Shown here piece after piece: positions 33,470 through 46,500 of a DNA stretch of 64,000 nt. The position numbers were made by a program, and so were the translations under genes. The stretch is from Naegleria gruberi (lineage: Eukaryota). The notes under the pieces were generated by a model. It worked only from the letters and a program-made list of their open reading frames with translations, was not told the DNA's origin and ran no database searches. Positions within the stretch are counted from its first letter, which is position 1, and each line of letters begins with the position of its first letter. Where the stretch lies: NCBI GenBank assembly GCA_000004985.1, contig GG738891.1; one strand, written 5' to 3'.

Positions 33470-36400
33470 TTAAACATGAATAATACAGTCTGCTTCATTT
33501 TGAACTGCTGAATTGTGAGATATCAAAATCACTTGTTGATTTTTAAACATACGTGACAGAATTCTAGAAACTAATTTCTGTTTCTCTTCATCCAAATTGG
33601 CATCACACTCATCTAAAATGTAGAACATTGATTTCTTAAAGGTAGCAATTGAAAACAAGAATGCCAAGCTAACCATTGTCTTCTCACCTCCACTAATTAG
33701 AGAAAGTTGAGAGGTATCTCCTTCCTTGTTTGAATTCTTTGATTTTACAATAATTTCGACACCTTCTGAAACTTTTTCACCGACTTTCTTCAAGGATGCA
33801 ATCTTATTTGGAAGCATGAGCTCTGTAAATTTTTGAAATAATTGTTGTACTTTTTCAAAGGCTACTTCATTATACTTTTCCACAACTTTTTGGCCACACG
33901 ATATTCCATCCATTAATACTTGACAACTTTTAGAAATCCACATTACTCTACTTTTACTATTCTCTAGAATAGTTTGCTTTTTCTCCAAATCAATTACATC
34001 AACCATCATGGCTTTCGATTTTTTAGCCAAAGTTTTGGCTTTCTTTTCTAGGCTTTCAACAATTACTTCTAAATCCTCAATTGATTTGTCAATAAATTTG
34101 GAATTTTCATTTTCATCAACCATAAGGTTGCTTTCACCCATCTGATTGACTACTTTCTGTTGTTTTTTGATTGACTTTTCTAGATTTTGAATTTTTTCAT
34201 GCAACACTTGCATGGAACTATTGATAGTAGCGAGGTTATCGGTCAGTATCTTGTTCTCTAATTCCATAAATACAAGTATTCATTGTAAATAACTTACTTT
34301 TTTCTTGCTCTGTCTTTTTAGCCTTGAGCGATAAATAATATTCTTTCTTCCTGACAAGCTCTATTTTCATACCATCCAAGTGTTTAATTTTGGACTTTGC
34401 CACATTTTCCTTCTCGATTATCTTGTCGTTCATTTGCTTGATCAGTTCTTCTGGGAATGAGTTATCAACATTTCTAGATAAATCCAACTCTATTTCATTT
34501 CTTTTACTCTCCATATCTCTTAATTCAATACGAAGCCTTTCAAAAGACTCTTGTTGTTCAAGTCCACTTCTGCAAGATAACAAGGTTTGCTTCAATATCA
34601 ACAATTTTGATTCGCTTTGTTCTAAGCTATTCAGCAATAGATCATGAGCAATCCTTGAGTCGTGTAATTCCTCTGTCATTGCTATGTTATTTTCATTCAA
34701 GGAAGACAATATCTCTTGTTCTTGTATTGTATAATTGAAACTTAATTCCATTTCCTGTAATATAGACTCCTTTGTTCTCATTGTTACCTCTACTTGTTTT
34801 AAAGTTCTCAATTTATGGTCTACATTTGCTCTTTTTTTAAGTGCACTATTTTCATAAATATTAGAAAGGTCACCACCAATAACTCTTCCAGGAAGATGCT
34901 TGACACCATTTAAAGTGCTTTTAATTTTAGATAATCTCAATAATTTTCTATACTTACACTGAAGATATACCGAGATCAACCAGTTGTTTTGACATATCCT
35001 CTGAAAGTGAAATCACAAAGTCACCAATGCATCTATCAATGGAAGGTTCTATTTTTTCATCGAAATTGAGAATATCTTTTGGAATGACGAAATTTAAGCC
35101 TCTCTTATCTCTAATCTGTCTTTGATATGCAATTCTTTTCTTTTGTTGAGAGGAATCCAATCTATCCAAGGGCCAGATAGTAATGGACCTCTTTCTTTGT
35201 GAGGCTGTTTGAAGAAGTTTTTCAGATTGGCTTGTTGTTTCTACAATGTGAGTTGAAAAATTCTTTCCCATAATAACAGAAAGTGGTAAAACATATTGTT
35301 GTGAATTACTTTCTAATGATATCATATTAACCAGAACTGTCTTTAAATCTTGTGAAATTTCTAAACTATTCAAGTATCGTTCGTCTCTTTCAACTTCCTC
35401 CTTCATTTTGCTAAATTGATTTTTCAAAACTAAATATTCATGTTTAAAGAGTGATAAACTCTCAGCTTCTACTATTGTAGTCCTTGCCATTTTTTCAGAT
35501 TTTTGACTGATGATCAATTCATTCTTCCTGATATTGTCTTGTAATGTTTGGATATTTGATTTGATACTTGATATTCTTTCTTTTACATTCATAATAAATT
35601 TCGATTCCACTTCAATTTGTTGTTGTATTTCATTGATATCCTTCACCTGGTGTATTGTTTGTGATTTTTCACTACATTGATAAGAATTATAATAATTATA
35701 AATACTTACTTATTCAGTAGACCGTTAATAGTTGCTATTTTGCTGTTAATAACTCTCAGTTCATCTCCTAAGTTTTCTCTCTCTAACTCTTGACGCTTTT
35801 TCCTTTCTTCGACTTTTGATTTTTCATTCAATAATGACCTATAATTATTATTCAATTGATCTACTTCCTCTTTAATAAATTCTAAATTTTCTGACAGTTC
35901 CGATATTTGTTTTTGCATTGGAACAATATCTACCGTCTTGGTGGTTGTCATTTCGGATTTCAACTTTTCCAATTCTAAACAAGCAATCTCACTCTCCACT
36001 TGTTGTTTCCTCTTCTCATAGTCTGTTTTTTTAAAAGTTAATTCCTCCATCATATACAAGTCTTTTGCTAGATGGTCCTCCAACTCGCTTCTCCTCTTCA
36101 ATGAAAGGGCAAGCCTTGCTTCTGTAATATCGTGTTCACATTTTTTTCTTTCACTTACAACAGCAAGCTTGTTTTTATCTTCTTCTATCAACCTCTCTAG
36201 TTTTACAATTTGCTCATTCATATGTTCCTCTGTTTGCTTCCATGATTGGATTTCATTCAAAGTCTTCTCGGCCTGTTGTTCAAAACTCAATCCTCCACTT
36301 CCATCTGTGATCATTTCTGCAATCTCCTTAGAGTTTTTAAACATTAGACTGACCACATGATTCTGGAAAATAACAAAGTTTGAAGAGTGTCTCAATCCAT

Positions 36401-36828
36401 GCTGGAAGAGGAAATTCTGTACAGCTCTTATTGTTACATGTTTTCCATCAAGTGTATACTTTCGTATTCCCTTTTCTTTGAAGAGAGTGACTGAAAGTTC
36501 ATGTTTTAAAGGAAAGCCTTCGTCATCACCCTGCATTGTGTTCTTTTCATCATCTCTTGAGAATAATAATTGAACACATGCATACGATTCCCTTTCACTT
36601 CCTCTCGTTGTAATTAAATCCTCCAACTTTGATACTCTCAATAATTTAATATCCAAGCCTAGAGCAAAACAAATTGCATCAACTTTACAAGTGTCAAAAC
36701 AAACATTTCAAGCAGAACATACCAACATTACTCTTTCCCTTTCCATTTGGTCCCACAATACAATTTATTCCATTGATGAAGGCTATTTCCTTTGGGGAAG
36801 AATTACTATAAGATTTGAATCCACTCAT
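33470..36828 (-). CDS. SMC-family chromosome ATPase (canonical cohesin/condensin-type head, hinge and signature motif; 5 exons, about 1080 aa)
   Basis: Exon1 from ATG 36828: MSGFKSYSNSSPKEIAFINGINCIVGPNGKGKSNV (Walker A). Donor G|GTATGT. Exon2 35712-about 36659 (LDIKLLRVSKLEDLITTRG.., coiled coil). GTAAGT intron. Exon3 about 34967-35646 (coiled coil then hinge ITIWPLDRL..DLGISSV). Intron. Exon4 about 34262-34916 (VTLNGVKHLPGRVIGGDLS hinge end, coiled coil). GTAAGT intron. Exon5 33470-about 34240 with LSLISGGEKTMVSLAFLFSI and FYILDECDANLD (signature, Walker B, D-loop). Confidence 0.75.
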
Positions 36829-36887
36829 AAAGACATGTTGTAGATACATTTTTTTACAATTTGAAAAAAGCCTTAAATTGACTCAAT

Positions 36888-39131
36888 TTATTGGTGAAGT
36901 GAACATTCCTTCTCGAGCATATCAAGTTTGTCATTAATGAATTTTCTAAACTCTGGATTGCTTGGAATTTGAGAAGTGTCACCTATAAAACTTGAACTGA
37001 GAATACTTTCATTCACTCTGTATGATTCTCCCTTTTCAGTTTCTCCGTGAGAGAGAAAGGCATCAATATTATTTGAAACTTTTTCTTCAATAATTGTGGT
37101 AGTATCTTCTTCTCCACAGCTACTAATTTTACTTTGCTCCAAATCTATTTCTATTAATTGACTAGATTCTTCAGGATAACCTGATTGATTATAATCTTTC
37201 CTGTCAAATAGGATTCTATAGTGGGATTCTATATCCTGTGTTTCATTCTTGTCAATAGGTTCGTAATGTTCATCCTCATTTTCGTCTGTATCTAGAGATG
37301 CAATCTTCTTCAAACCCATTTCAATCTCTTCTATTCTCTTCTTCATAACACTCTTAAAGTTAGATTCTGAATCCTCACCAAAATCAAATTTGGTAAATGA
37401 GTTTGAGTTATCATTGACCACTGAAATATTTAAATCCTTCTCTGGTCTATCAGATTTGTTGTTTTGAGATGATTTTGGAGTAAATTTCAGAATTCGTAAT
37501 TCTTCCTCTTCTATTTCTCCCCAAACTCTCTTGTATTCCTCTTGTTCAAGTAGAATATTCTTTAGACTTATATTTACAGACCTAACATTTTCGTGTGAAT
37601 CTCTGACACCTTCAGCTCTAGGTTTTCGAGGAGCGGAACTTGGCCTCTTTGGAGTTGATGAAAAAGACATTTCGTCATGTTTTGGTAAAGAACTAGTTGG
37701 TCCTCTTCCAGAAAGTGCAGATGCTGGTCTTTGATTTCTGTTTTGTGATAGAGAAGTATTCTGTTCTGCACCAGAATACTCACTTCTCCTTGAGACAACC
37801 TTTGATTTTACGTGACCATATCGTTCTCTATTCTTCTTTGCTATTTCTTCCAGAGATGATTCTTTTGGAGTTTCAAAGGATTGAGGTCTGTTATTGCATC
37901 TACTATAACTCAAAGGACTTCTGGTATTACTTCTCCTAGATGACGAAGGCGTAGTTGGTCTTGTTACTCTATTAGAAATTATTGAATCATTTTCTTTTGA
38001 TTTAACTGACTTAGGTGGTAGGTCTGAAATTGATGAAACCACAGATCGAAAGACAACACTTTTTTGAAGTTGATCATCTAGATCTTGTATTTGCTCTAAA
38101 ATAATTTTCTCTTCTTTTTCAAACGGATCAAGTGGTTTTGGGACCTTTCTCTGATTGTATGGTACAGTTTTTTTTGGAGTTTCCACTACTGCTGATTGCA
38201 CAACTCTACTCCTTGGTGCAGAAGATGGCCTTTGAAGTTTGGTTGGTGATGTTAATTTCTCTGGAGTTTTACTGACATCTGGAGCATGTTGGGAATGTTT
38301 CCTTGATGAGTTGTTCAAAATTGAGTTTTGAGATGAATGTGATTGAAATTTTTCTGGTGATCTAATCAAGTTTGGTTGGAATTGAGGTTGTTGTGTGGTT
38401 GGTCTTGCTGAAGAGGGTCTTTTTAATTTCTGAGGAGGGCTTTGTTGAGAGACTGCCAAATACTTTTCTTCCATAGTATTTGGAGAATTCTTTAGTTTTT
38501 CTTGTCTAGCCTCCACTCTCTTTCTCCTTTCAATTTCATATTGTTTCGAGTGAGGAGATAAAGGTTGGCTCACGGTATTTGGATTTAATTTAGTTGGAGA
38601 AGTAGGAGAAGTATAATTATTTGCTAAACACACTTGCTGAGATTGATCTTTAGTGACACAAGATGAAGAATTAAAGGAGCGATCAATCATGGCCTTAATA
38701 TTCATGCTTTTCAATTCTTCCATTCTTTTCAAAAGATAGGAGGCATGAATGTCCTCCGATAATTGTTTGTGTTGTTCATGAGCATAATTAGTGGCTGCTT
38801 TCCTCACCTCCGAACAAATTGTTGGATTTGTATAATGTTGTTGCTCTGGAGAGGAAGACTGACCACCAACACTCCAACTTCCACTTGAATTATTGATTCC
38901 TCTAACACCACCTGGTGAAAAACATCTACTCCTCGATGAAGAAGAACGAACAGGACTTTCTTCGTCATATTCTTGATAATTTCCATCATCATTAAAATGA
39001 AAAAGTGAATTCTGTAATTCTCGTAGTTCTTCCTTCTTTTTTCTTCTCCTAGATCTGGACTTTTCTAGTAGTGATTTTACATAGGCTTCCTCCTTAGGGC
39101 GTAAAGATGAGGGAGAGGAATTACCTTGCAT
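36888..39131 (-). CDS. Ser/Pro/Arg-rich low-complexity hypothetical protein
   Basis: 747-aa ORF with real ATG at 39131. Basic N-terminus (RSRRRKKKEE), long S/P/T-rich disordered body, acidic C-terminal part. Confidence 0.45.
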   Translation of the reverse strand: MQGNSSPSSLRPKEEAYVKSLLEKSRSRRRKKKEELRELQNSLFHFNDDGNYQEYDEESPVRSSSSRSRCFSPGGVRGINNSSGSWSVGGQSSSPEQQHYTNPTICSEVRKAATNYAHEQHKQLSEDIHASYLLKRMEELKSMNIKAMIDRSFNSSSCVTKDQSQQVCLANNYTSPTSPTKLNPNTVSQPLSPHSKQYEIERRKRVEARQEKLKNSPNTMEEKYLAVSQQSPPQKLKRPSSARPTTQQPQFQPNLIRSPEKFQSHSSQNSILNNSSRKHSQHAPDVSKTPEKLTSPTKLQRPSSAPRSRVVQSAVVETPKKTVPYNQRKVPKPLDPFEKEEKIILEQIQDLDDQLQKSVVFRSVVSSISDLPPKSVKSKENDSIISNRVTRPTTPSSSRRSNTRSPLSYSRCNNRPQSFETPKESSLEEIAKKNRERYGHVKSKVVSRRSEYSGAEQNTSLSQNRNQRPASALSGRGPTSSLPKHDEMSFSSTPKRPSSAPRKPRAEGVRDSHENVRSVNISLKNILLEQEEYKRVWGEIEEEELRILKFTPKSSQNNKSDRPEKDLNISVVNDNSNSFTKFDFGEDSESNFKSVMKKRIEEIEMGLKKIASLDTDENEDEHYEPIDKNETQDIESHYRILFDRKDYNQSGYPEESSQLIEIDLEQSKISSCGEEDTTTIIEEKVSNNIDAFLSHGETEKGESYRVNESILSSSFIGDTSQIPSNPEFRKFINDKLDMLEKECSLHQ

Positions 39132-39534
39132 TTTTTAAATGATAAGTCTCAAATAAATTTTAAGGGAAATCATCTGCCATCAAACACTTTTCAAATACAA
39201 ATTTTTGGAGGGAAATAACAGTAATGAATGATTGAAAGGATAATGGCTAAACTTTAATTAACTCGAAACATCTAGCAACCACAAACTTTGAAAATAATAT
39301 CAAGGTACAACAAAAGATAGCTCTAATTTAAAGTAAAACTCTGGAATGATATTTATTATTGCCGAAGGTCAAAATTGGGTTTAAAAAATGCTGAAAATGA
39401 GAAACTCTCATGATTCTTTCTTTGTTGGTGGATTTCTGGAAATCAGATTGTACTTTCAATAAATTTGAAGTGTACGTTATTCCACATTCATTAATCCTAG
39501 TTGTTGGTCTCCAAAAGAAAATCAACTAAATTGA

Positions 39535-39723
39535 TTAAAACTTGTTCTTCTTGGCCATCATGGCTTGTTTATGAACCAAACACTTGTCTAAAATTAATCC
39601 AATATTATCTGAATGACAAACTGGTCTGAACTTGTTTCTTGTTGTTTGATGAATTTTCATGGTATTATTGTGGACCATAAGGCTAGCAAAATGAGAAGTA
39701 GATTCACGGGCTTGTGTCAACAT
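39535..39723 (-). CDS. Small ORF of uncertain reality (62 aa)
   Basis: Real ATG. Coding-like codon usage. Lies in an otherwise long (1.2 kb) intergenic interval. No family recognised. Confidence 0.2.
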   Translation of the reverse strand: MLTQARESTSHFASLMVHNNTMKIHQTTRNKFRPVCHSDNIGLILDKCLVHKQAMMAKKNKF

Positions 39724-40392
39724 TTTTAATTGGTTTTTGCGGTTTTAATTTGATCAAAGAGCAATAGTGCTTTTTTTTTCATTCCGTCTTTTACCGTTGA
39801 GGTAAGGGTATTAATAGATTCCAGCCTCATTGTGTTTTACAATGATTTAATCATCCAATGAAAAAACATCGCCCCTCTATTTTTAAAAACTCGGCCTTTT
39901 TGCTTTAGGTTTAAAAATTATCGTTGCCTTTTCGATAGTGACGCAGAACGGATGGTTTGCTTCCTTAATTCCAAGAGCCAAATGATAAACTTCACGGATT
40001 TAACGCTTCATTCTATTGGACCAATAGATGTTAAGAAAAATTTTCTATCAGCGCAACTTGTTCACCATTAAATGTTGGTTGTATCAAAACTGAGGATCCA
40101 ATACACAGAGATCTCACCTTAAAGCATTGTAATCTAATGGGTAATCTACAATTATTTAGTATTTGTGTAATGGAAAGATTGAACTGTTGATCAACTTCTG
40201 AATTTTGGAAAGAACAGTTGACAAAGTAAACAGGCAAACCAATATTTCACATATAGCACTGAACAACAAATACTGATGTAATCTTTATCAAATTCATCCA
40301 CATAATTACGCCTAAACGTGTTGAAGAAAGAGTTTTCAATAATTATTCGTCCAATAATTAATTTAATAATTTAAAATTGACAAATAGAAAAA

Positions 40393-41691
40393 ATGAGAAA
40401 GGCTCTTATCATTTCCTTGCTCATTGCTTGTTTATTATCTTGTGTGCTCTTGATGAGCAATAATCAAGTCAAGGCAGAAGAGAATGATGATTTTTGGAAT
40501 GCCATTCCGACAACAACAGTTGCTTCTAATCAATTAAATGATGATACGTTATCAACCAGTACTTCCGATGACGAAGAAATGGTTCCATCATCAACAACAA
40601 CACCATCAACAACCAATAATGACAATATTAAATCAACAACAAATCAAAAGGAAGAGGATGAGGAATTTGATTTTAATGAAGATGACTTTACTTCAATTCA
40701 ATCCAAATTAATTCAAGAACAAAAGGAACCATCGGAAGAACAATCAAATGAAAAGCAAGAAGAAACACAACAAGAACCAGTTCGTTTGTTTGGACTTGTT
40801 AAACAAGAACATTATTACTATGAAATGGGATTTGTTGCTTTCATTTTGGCTTCTGGTATTATTTACGTTATCGGAAGATCTGCAGGTGAAAAGGTTTTCA
40901 TGGAATGGGCTGAAAAGAATTTAGTTAACAAGATTATGAACAAGCACTTTACTAAAGTCAACTTTATGCGTGATAGTGCTAATCAATATATTGTTTATGC
41001 AACTGGTAATGAAGCCATTAAACACATGACTTTGAAGGTCACTACACCAAATAAGCAAGATTTGTTGATGGGATTACTTTTAAAGCCAATTATGGGATTG
41101 TTAAATGGAACTTCTATGCTTTCTCAACCTGAAATTTCATTGGAAATGACTTTACCAAGAAGATTTATTGTTCTATTTGGTATGTGTGAACCAAAGAATT
41201 ATAAGAATTTCTTAAAGCAACATGAACCTCTTCAACTTTACACCAAGCATGCCCAATGTGATGTTAATGGAAAGCAATTTGCTGTTTTTACAGATACTCC
41301 AACTTTGATTACAAAGCTCATGTCTCAATCCTTTGTTTCCTATATTGAATCTGATCTCTTGGTCAGTGACATGCTCAAGCCAAGAATTGCTGGAACTAAT
41401 CTTGTTAATTGCATTACTCTCAGAACCAAGATTCAATTCAACAAGACATTATCAGAAGGTGATAAACATAATTCAAAGAATAAGGCCAAACACGAAAACT
41501 GGTTGGATGAATTGATCAATTTTATTTCATTCGATTTTAATTTGACTCAACAAGAAAATGACAGAAATATTAAAAACAGAATGGAAGTTAAGGAAAATAT
41601 TGAAAAGGAAGAAAAGAAACAAAAGTTAAAGGAAGAATCAAAGGAAAATAGACTGAAGAAACTCAAAGGTGGAAATAAGAAAACCAAATAA
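40393..41691 (+). CDS. CCDC47/calumin-like (DUF1682) ER membrane protein
   Basis: Signal peptide MRKALIISLLIACLLSCVLL, acidic luminal region, single TM YYYEMGFVAFILASGIIYVIG (human [21 protein letters not shown]). Cytosolic domain has DLLMGLLLKPIM and FIVLFGMCEPKNYKNFLK aligning with human CCDC47. Lys/Glu-rich coiled-coil C-terminus. Confidence 0.65.
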   Translation: MRKALIISLLIACLLSCVLLMSNNQVKAEENDDFWNAIPTTTVASNQLNDDTLSTSTSDDEEMVPSSTTTPSTTNNDNIKSTTNQKEEDEEFDFNEDDFTSIQSKLIQEQKEPSEEQSNEKQEETQQEPVRLFGLVKQEHYYYEMGFVAFILASGIIYVIGRSAGEKVFMEWAEKNLVNKIMNKHFTKVNFMRDSANQYIVYATGNEAIKHMTLKVTTPNKQDLLMGLLLKPIMGLLNGTSMLSQPEISLEMTLPRRFIVLFGMCEPKNYKNFLKQHEPLQLYTKHAQCDVNGKQFAVFTDTPTLITKLMSQSFVSYIESDLLVSDMLKPRIAGTNLVNCITLRTKIQFNKTLSEGDKHNSKNKAKHENWLDELINFISFDFNLTQQENDRNIKNRMEVKENIEKEEKKQKLKEESKENRLKKLKGGNKKTK

Positions 41692-42469
41692 ATAATTATT
41701 CAAGAATCTCTGAAAGCAAATCACATTGAACACCTCCATTAAATTAATTAGTATAAGTGGAGAGGTAGATGATGGAAGTTCATCTTAGCTCGTTCATCTC
41801 TCCTTGACAGAGAATCCAAACTCAATCATCCTGTTGTTTCTCCATTAAATTCTTATTAATTTTGATTGTTGCAAGTATTTTGGTGCTTACAATCATGTGG
41901 ATTTGCCCAAACAGTCTAAGCTTTAAGAGGGCAAAAAAGTGGTAATGTTTCCTCAGCAGCAATTCCAACAAGTATTGAAGTCTGTTACTTGGTAGAAGAT
42001 ACCTTACAATAGGCCAAAGGCGCAACATATCCGAAAGTCTTTCTTAAAGCTTCATTTCCGAAAAGATATAATAAGTGTAATCAATGAGCTGAATACGCAA
42101 ACGAAACCATTTTTTTCTTAGGTTGAATTAACACCCACATTTGCTAGGACATAATGAAGTGGTGCGATGGTTTCAATTCAATCGGAATATTTTCATTATC
42201 ACCACTATGACTCAAAATGTTCATTTTCTGGAAAGTTTTACTTTATTGATAACTTTCCATTAAGTGGACGAAATTTCATAATGGGAATCTCAAAATTTCC
42301 CTTCCCTTACTTGGTAAAATTTCAAGCGTTGATGTCAATTGAAAAACCGAAATATCCTCAATCAATATAGCTCGGAACCAACAGTTAGTAATTTCGGATC
42401 ATGAACTGCACTTTAGATGCAAAAAGAAAGATTATTGAAAAGTTTACATTCATTAAATTTCACTTTTAA

Positions 42470-42889
42470 TTATTGACGAAAAGCTACAAGCACAACATTG
42501 ATAATAATTCCAGCTAGGAAGAAGTAACAACCACTAATCAATCCATAAAATAAAGGTCTTGGCATATTTGGATTAATTGCAGTATTCACAGTTGTCATTG
42601 CCAAGAATCCAAATCCAACCAAAGCACCAAACAGAAAACCATCAGCAATTGAATTGATGTTGAATGCTTCAACCATCATACTACTCGTAATGGTGGTCAC
42701 AACTGTACAAATCAAAGGTCCAATTATAAAGATTGGTGCTAGTTTATTCTCTGGTTGATATCTTCTTCCCAATGCTTCTGCATAGACCCTCCCAAAGAGT
42801 GCAGTAAACCACAAACCACCCAAAAAGGAAGCACACAAAGTAGCAACGAGAATTGCAATCCAATTCAATGCTAATAATGAAGGAAACAT
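42470..42889 (-). CDS. Small multi-pass membrane protein, DUF1761-like
   Basis: Real ATG at 42889. MFPSLLALNWIAILVATLCASFLGGLWFTALFGRVYAEALG matches the DUF1761 N-terminal pattern (nW.a.lvaa...f.lGglWy...lFg..w....g). Four hydrophobic segments. Confidence 0.45.
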   Translation of the reverse strand: MFPSLLALNWIAILVATLCASFLGGLWFTALFGRVYAEALGRRYQPENKLAPIFIIGPLICTVVTTITSSMMVEAFNINSIADGFLFGALVGFGFLAMTTVNTAINPNMPRPLFYGLISGCYFFLAGIIINVVLVAFRQ

Positions 42890-43515
42890 TTGATTCTTTT
42901 TTTCTGTATTGAAATTGAATGGATCCGGCTGCTATTTTTGACATTTATTTTGATTGATGGTTCATAAAATTATGTGAATGTTCGAGCAGGTAGAGGAATT
43001 GTAAATGGGCTGAACGATGTTAATTTTCTAATTTTAATACTTGATTACAATATCTATGACACAATAAATATTTCCAAAAGCGTTCTTTGTAAAAATAACC
43101 AAAAAATCTTTCTCATTTGTGCAATTATTCCACCACTCTAATAAATTCCACAAGTGCTCAAATTCAACATCCACCTCCTCTTTATCTCAGTACAGAACCG
43201 TTCCTTAATATCTCACCAATTAAATAGTCTATTTCATATATGGGCCACTTACCATCAGGATCACACTTATCTTTTATCAGCAAGAGAACTTGGCTTCTCA
43301 AAAAAAATGAAACAACACCAGCCTTCCTCCTCACAACAACACCGGCAGTCATACAACAATAATAATACTGGCGGTAGTAGCAGTGTTATTATTGGTGGAG
43401 AGAAGGCCACACAAAATAATAGAGCAAGTGGTAATAGTACATCTGTTGAAAGTATTGCATCTGCTGGTGGTCTAATAATAATACAGTGGTAGTGGGTCAA
43501 GTATCATCATCTACT

Positions 43516-46500
43516 ATGTCGGGAAGAATGGAAAATAATAATCAAGGTGGATTTAATAGACGTTCTGTTCCAGACTTTTTTAAAAACAATAGTGAGCCAA
43601 TAAAGAAGAATAATCAGCAAGGTTTCACGAATAATGGTAGTGGTTCGAATCGAAATAATCACAGAAATACATCAGACAATGTAAATCCAAATAATAACAT
43701 GAAACCATCATCATCTAATAGTAATAATACTTCCACGAATAATTATCAACAGAAAACACATTATAAGAATAATAATTATAAAGGAAATGTTCACCAAAAT
43801 TCAGAACAAAACGATAATTACCAAAGGAAACAATACAAACATTATAACAAGCAACAAGTCAATCATCAAAACCAAACGGAGAATAGACATTCTAGTAATA
43901 TAAAACAAACACTTGATACTCACTCTAATGAACCATTTGGAGGTGGTTCCGACCAACAACTTGAACCCACATACAATAGACAAAATAAGTATACTAGACA
44001 ACCCTACAAGAAGCAGGTCTATGCTAAGCAACCTATTTCAACATCAGAGTCTGTTTCTATGGTAAATAGTAGTACATTTGGTTCTCAATCATCTACAAGC
44101 ACTATCACGTCCAATACCAGTGATCTCTCTCACTATAGTACACACCCAGAATTAAACAAGAAGATTAGATCAGAACTATCAAACAAGCAACAAGAATCAA
44201 AAGCTAAACAGTCAGGTGTTGGTGGAACTCTTTCCTACACATCTCAACTGTTCTATCCTTCCTATATGTATACTTCTAATGCGAGTAACAGTAATAATAA
44301 TTCATATATGCCTACAGTTCTAGAAGGTTGTCACTATTATGTACCACCTACTTTTTATCAGGTACCAACCTCACCAGTCGAAACCCAGAAGAAAGAAGTG
44401 ACAAAGACTCTTCCTTCACCATCAAAGAGGAAAAAGAGAGAAATTGAAAATGATTCCTCCAGTGAAGATGAAGATGATGAATCAATTTCATCAGTTGGTA
44501 GTCAAATTCAATTGAGTTTTGAAGATGATGATTATATTGTGGGATTTGCCTCATTTAATGGATCTTTCTTTTTTTGTTGGCAAAAAGCAACCAAGGAGTC
44601 AGAATCTCAAGCAAAAATAAGAGATATTCTCACATTGAGTTCCAAGTATAGTGGATCTAAACCAGAAACACTATTTTCTAAATGTATCAAGAATAAGTCT
44701 ATTTATGCAGCCCTTAAAAAGTTTATCAAGAAGTTGATCAAACAAAATCAACCTTTTAATCCATATTTGATTAATTCGCATTCATCTCTATTGATGAAAT
44801 TGTTTTTGACCTCGTCAAATACTTGGTTAGAATTTGCTTCCAACTTACCTGCTATTTCTAACAAATTTGCCAAGCTTAAGGCCAGAGAAGTTAAATTACT
44901 TCTTTCTGAATATTCTACAGAATGGAATTATTTTAGTGATATTGATTTGACAAAGGAAGAAAATATAACATCGCTTATTACTGGAGATGAGAACGAACTT
45001 GTAAAGAAATTTATGAAAAGAGTTGAAAGGGAGGACTTTTCTAAATTTAAAAGAAGATCTCATCTTCTTACATGTTCTTGGGTTTGTAAATGTCCGAATG
45101 GTAATGAAGATGTATTTAAAGAATTGCTTAAAACAATTAGAACAGTACAGCCAACACTATCATCAAGTCAAGAAAAGTTGAATCAAATATTCGAAAGAGA
45201 AAAGAACGATACAAAACCTCAGAAAATGACAATATGTGAATTAGTAGCAAAGGTAGATGATTTTGATGCAGATCTGACTAATTTCAAACTTAAAAAGCCA
45301 GAAACATCCATCTTTTCAGAGAGAAGGGTTGTTGATTCTGACTTTTCAGAAACCTTCATCAAAGAACTTTCTATTATTGTTTCTCTAAATATTTTCCAAG
45401 AGTTGAAATACAAGTATGATTTCTCTCACAAGAAACAAAAAGGTGCTGCAAATGATTTCAAGAAGCTTTACTCAATAGTTGATGTTGAGACTCAAAAGAA
45501 GAAGACAGCTTTCAATGCTAAAATCCAATCTGCATACAAAGATGAGTCATCCCAGATTTCTACATTAGAGTTAGAGGAGCACGAGAAGCTCATTCATCAA
45601 CTCATTCAATTTGTTACCTACGACAAAGAATATCGATGCTTCCAGAGGTATTATGACTTGTTAAAGACAGAAGAGGATGACATCAATAGAATGTTCGGAT
45701 GGTTCCAATTTCCGTATCAACTGAAGGCAGTGCAATGGCTAAAGAGACTAAATGCCAATATTAACTGGGTGGATATATATTTGAATAGAATTCATGCTTC
45801 ACCACATTTTGAGGAAGATATTTTAAAGATGATTGATGAGGAATGTGACAGATCTTGTAATTGGGCTAATGAGTCTAGATATTCCTTCTTAGATTATTCA
45901 GACAAAACTTTTACAATTGATAAGAAAGGTACTAAGGATTGTGATGATGCATTTACTATCCTTGATCACAATACAAATTCAATCAAAATTGCTGTCCATA
46001 TTACAGATGTTGCCTCAACAATTCTCAGAAATATTGATTTTTCCAAGAATGTACCACCTGTAGAAGAAAAGAAAGATGCAAACAAACGCTATACTGGAAA
46101 CAAATCAAAATTCAATGATCATCCAATATTCCAAAGTGCACTTTTCTCAGAAGCAGCAAGAAGAATTATGTCAATCTATATTCCAGGTGTTGAGGAAACC
46201 TATGCTCCTTGTTTCCCAAGACATTTATCTGAAGAGCTTCTCTCTTTAATTGATAAGAGACCAAAAGAAGTAATTTCTCACATCTTTATTATTTATAATA
46301 ATGGAAAGGTTGAATGTAAAGGTGTTGTGAAAGGGCTCATCCAAGTGAATCATTCATACTTTTTCGAAGAAGCTGATGAAAAAATTGATTCACCATATGC
46401 TGATCCATTCTGGAAACATTTATATGATTGTTGCTGTGCTATTCATGAAGAGAGACTTGCGCACGGAGCTAAGAAATTTACTCCTGGTGTTGTTCCACTT

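Noticed and set aside
41822-42370. Small ORFs of 68 and 67 aa in the 41692-42469 spacer
   Set aside because: They are histidine- and phenylalanine-rich with odd composition and no homology signal. I could not support calling them genes or repeats; they are noted under the gene-poor intervals finding only.
43625-43655. tRNA-like T-arm word GGTTCGAATCG preceded by AGTGGTAG
   Set aside because: It lies within the low-complexity coding region of the RNB gene, has no anticodon or acceptor arm, and the elements are too close together for a tRNA.
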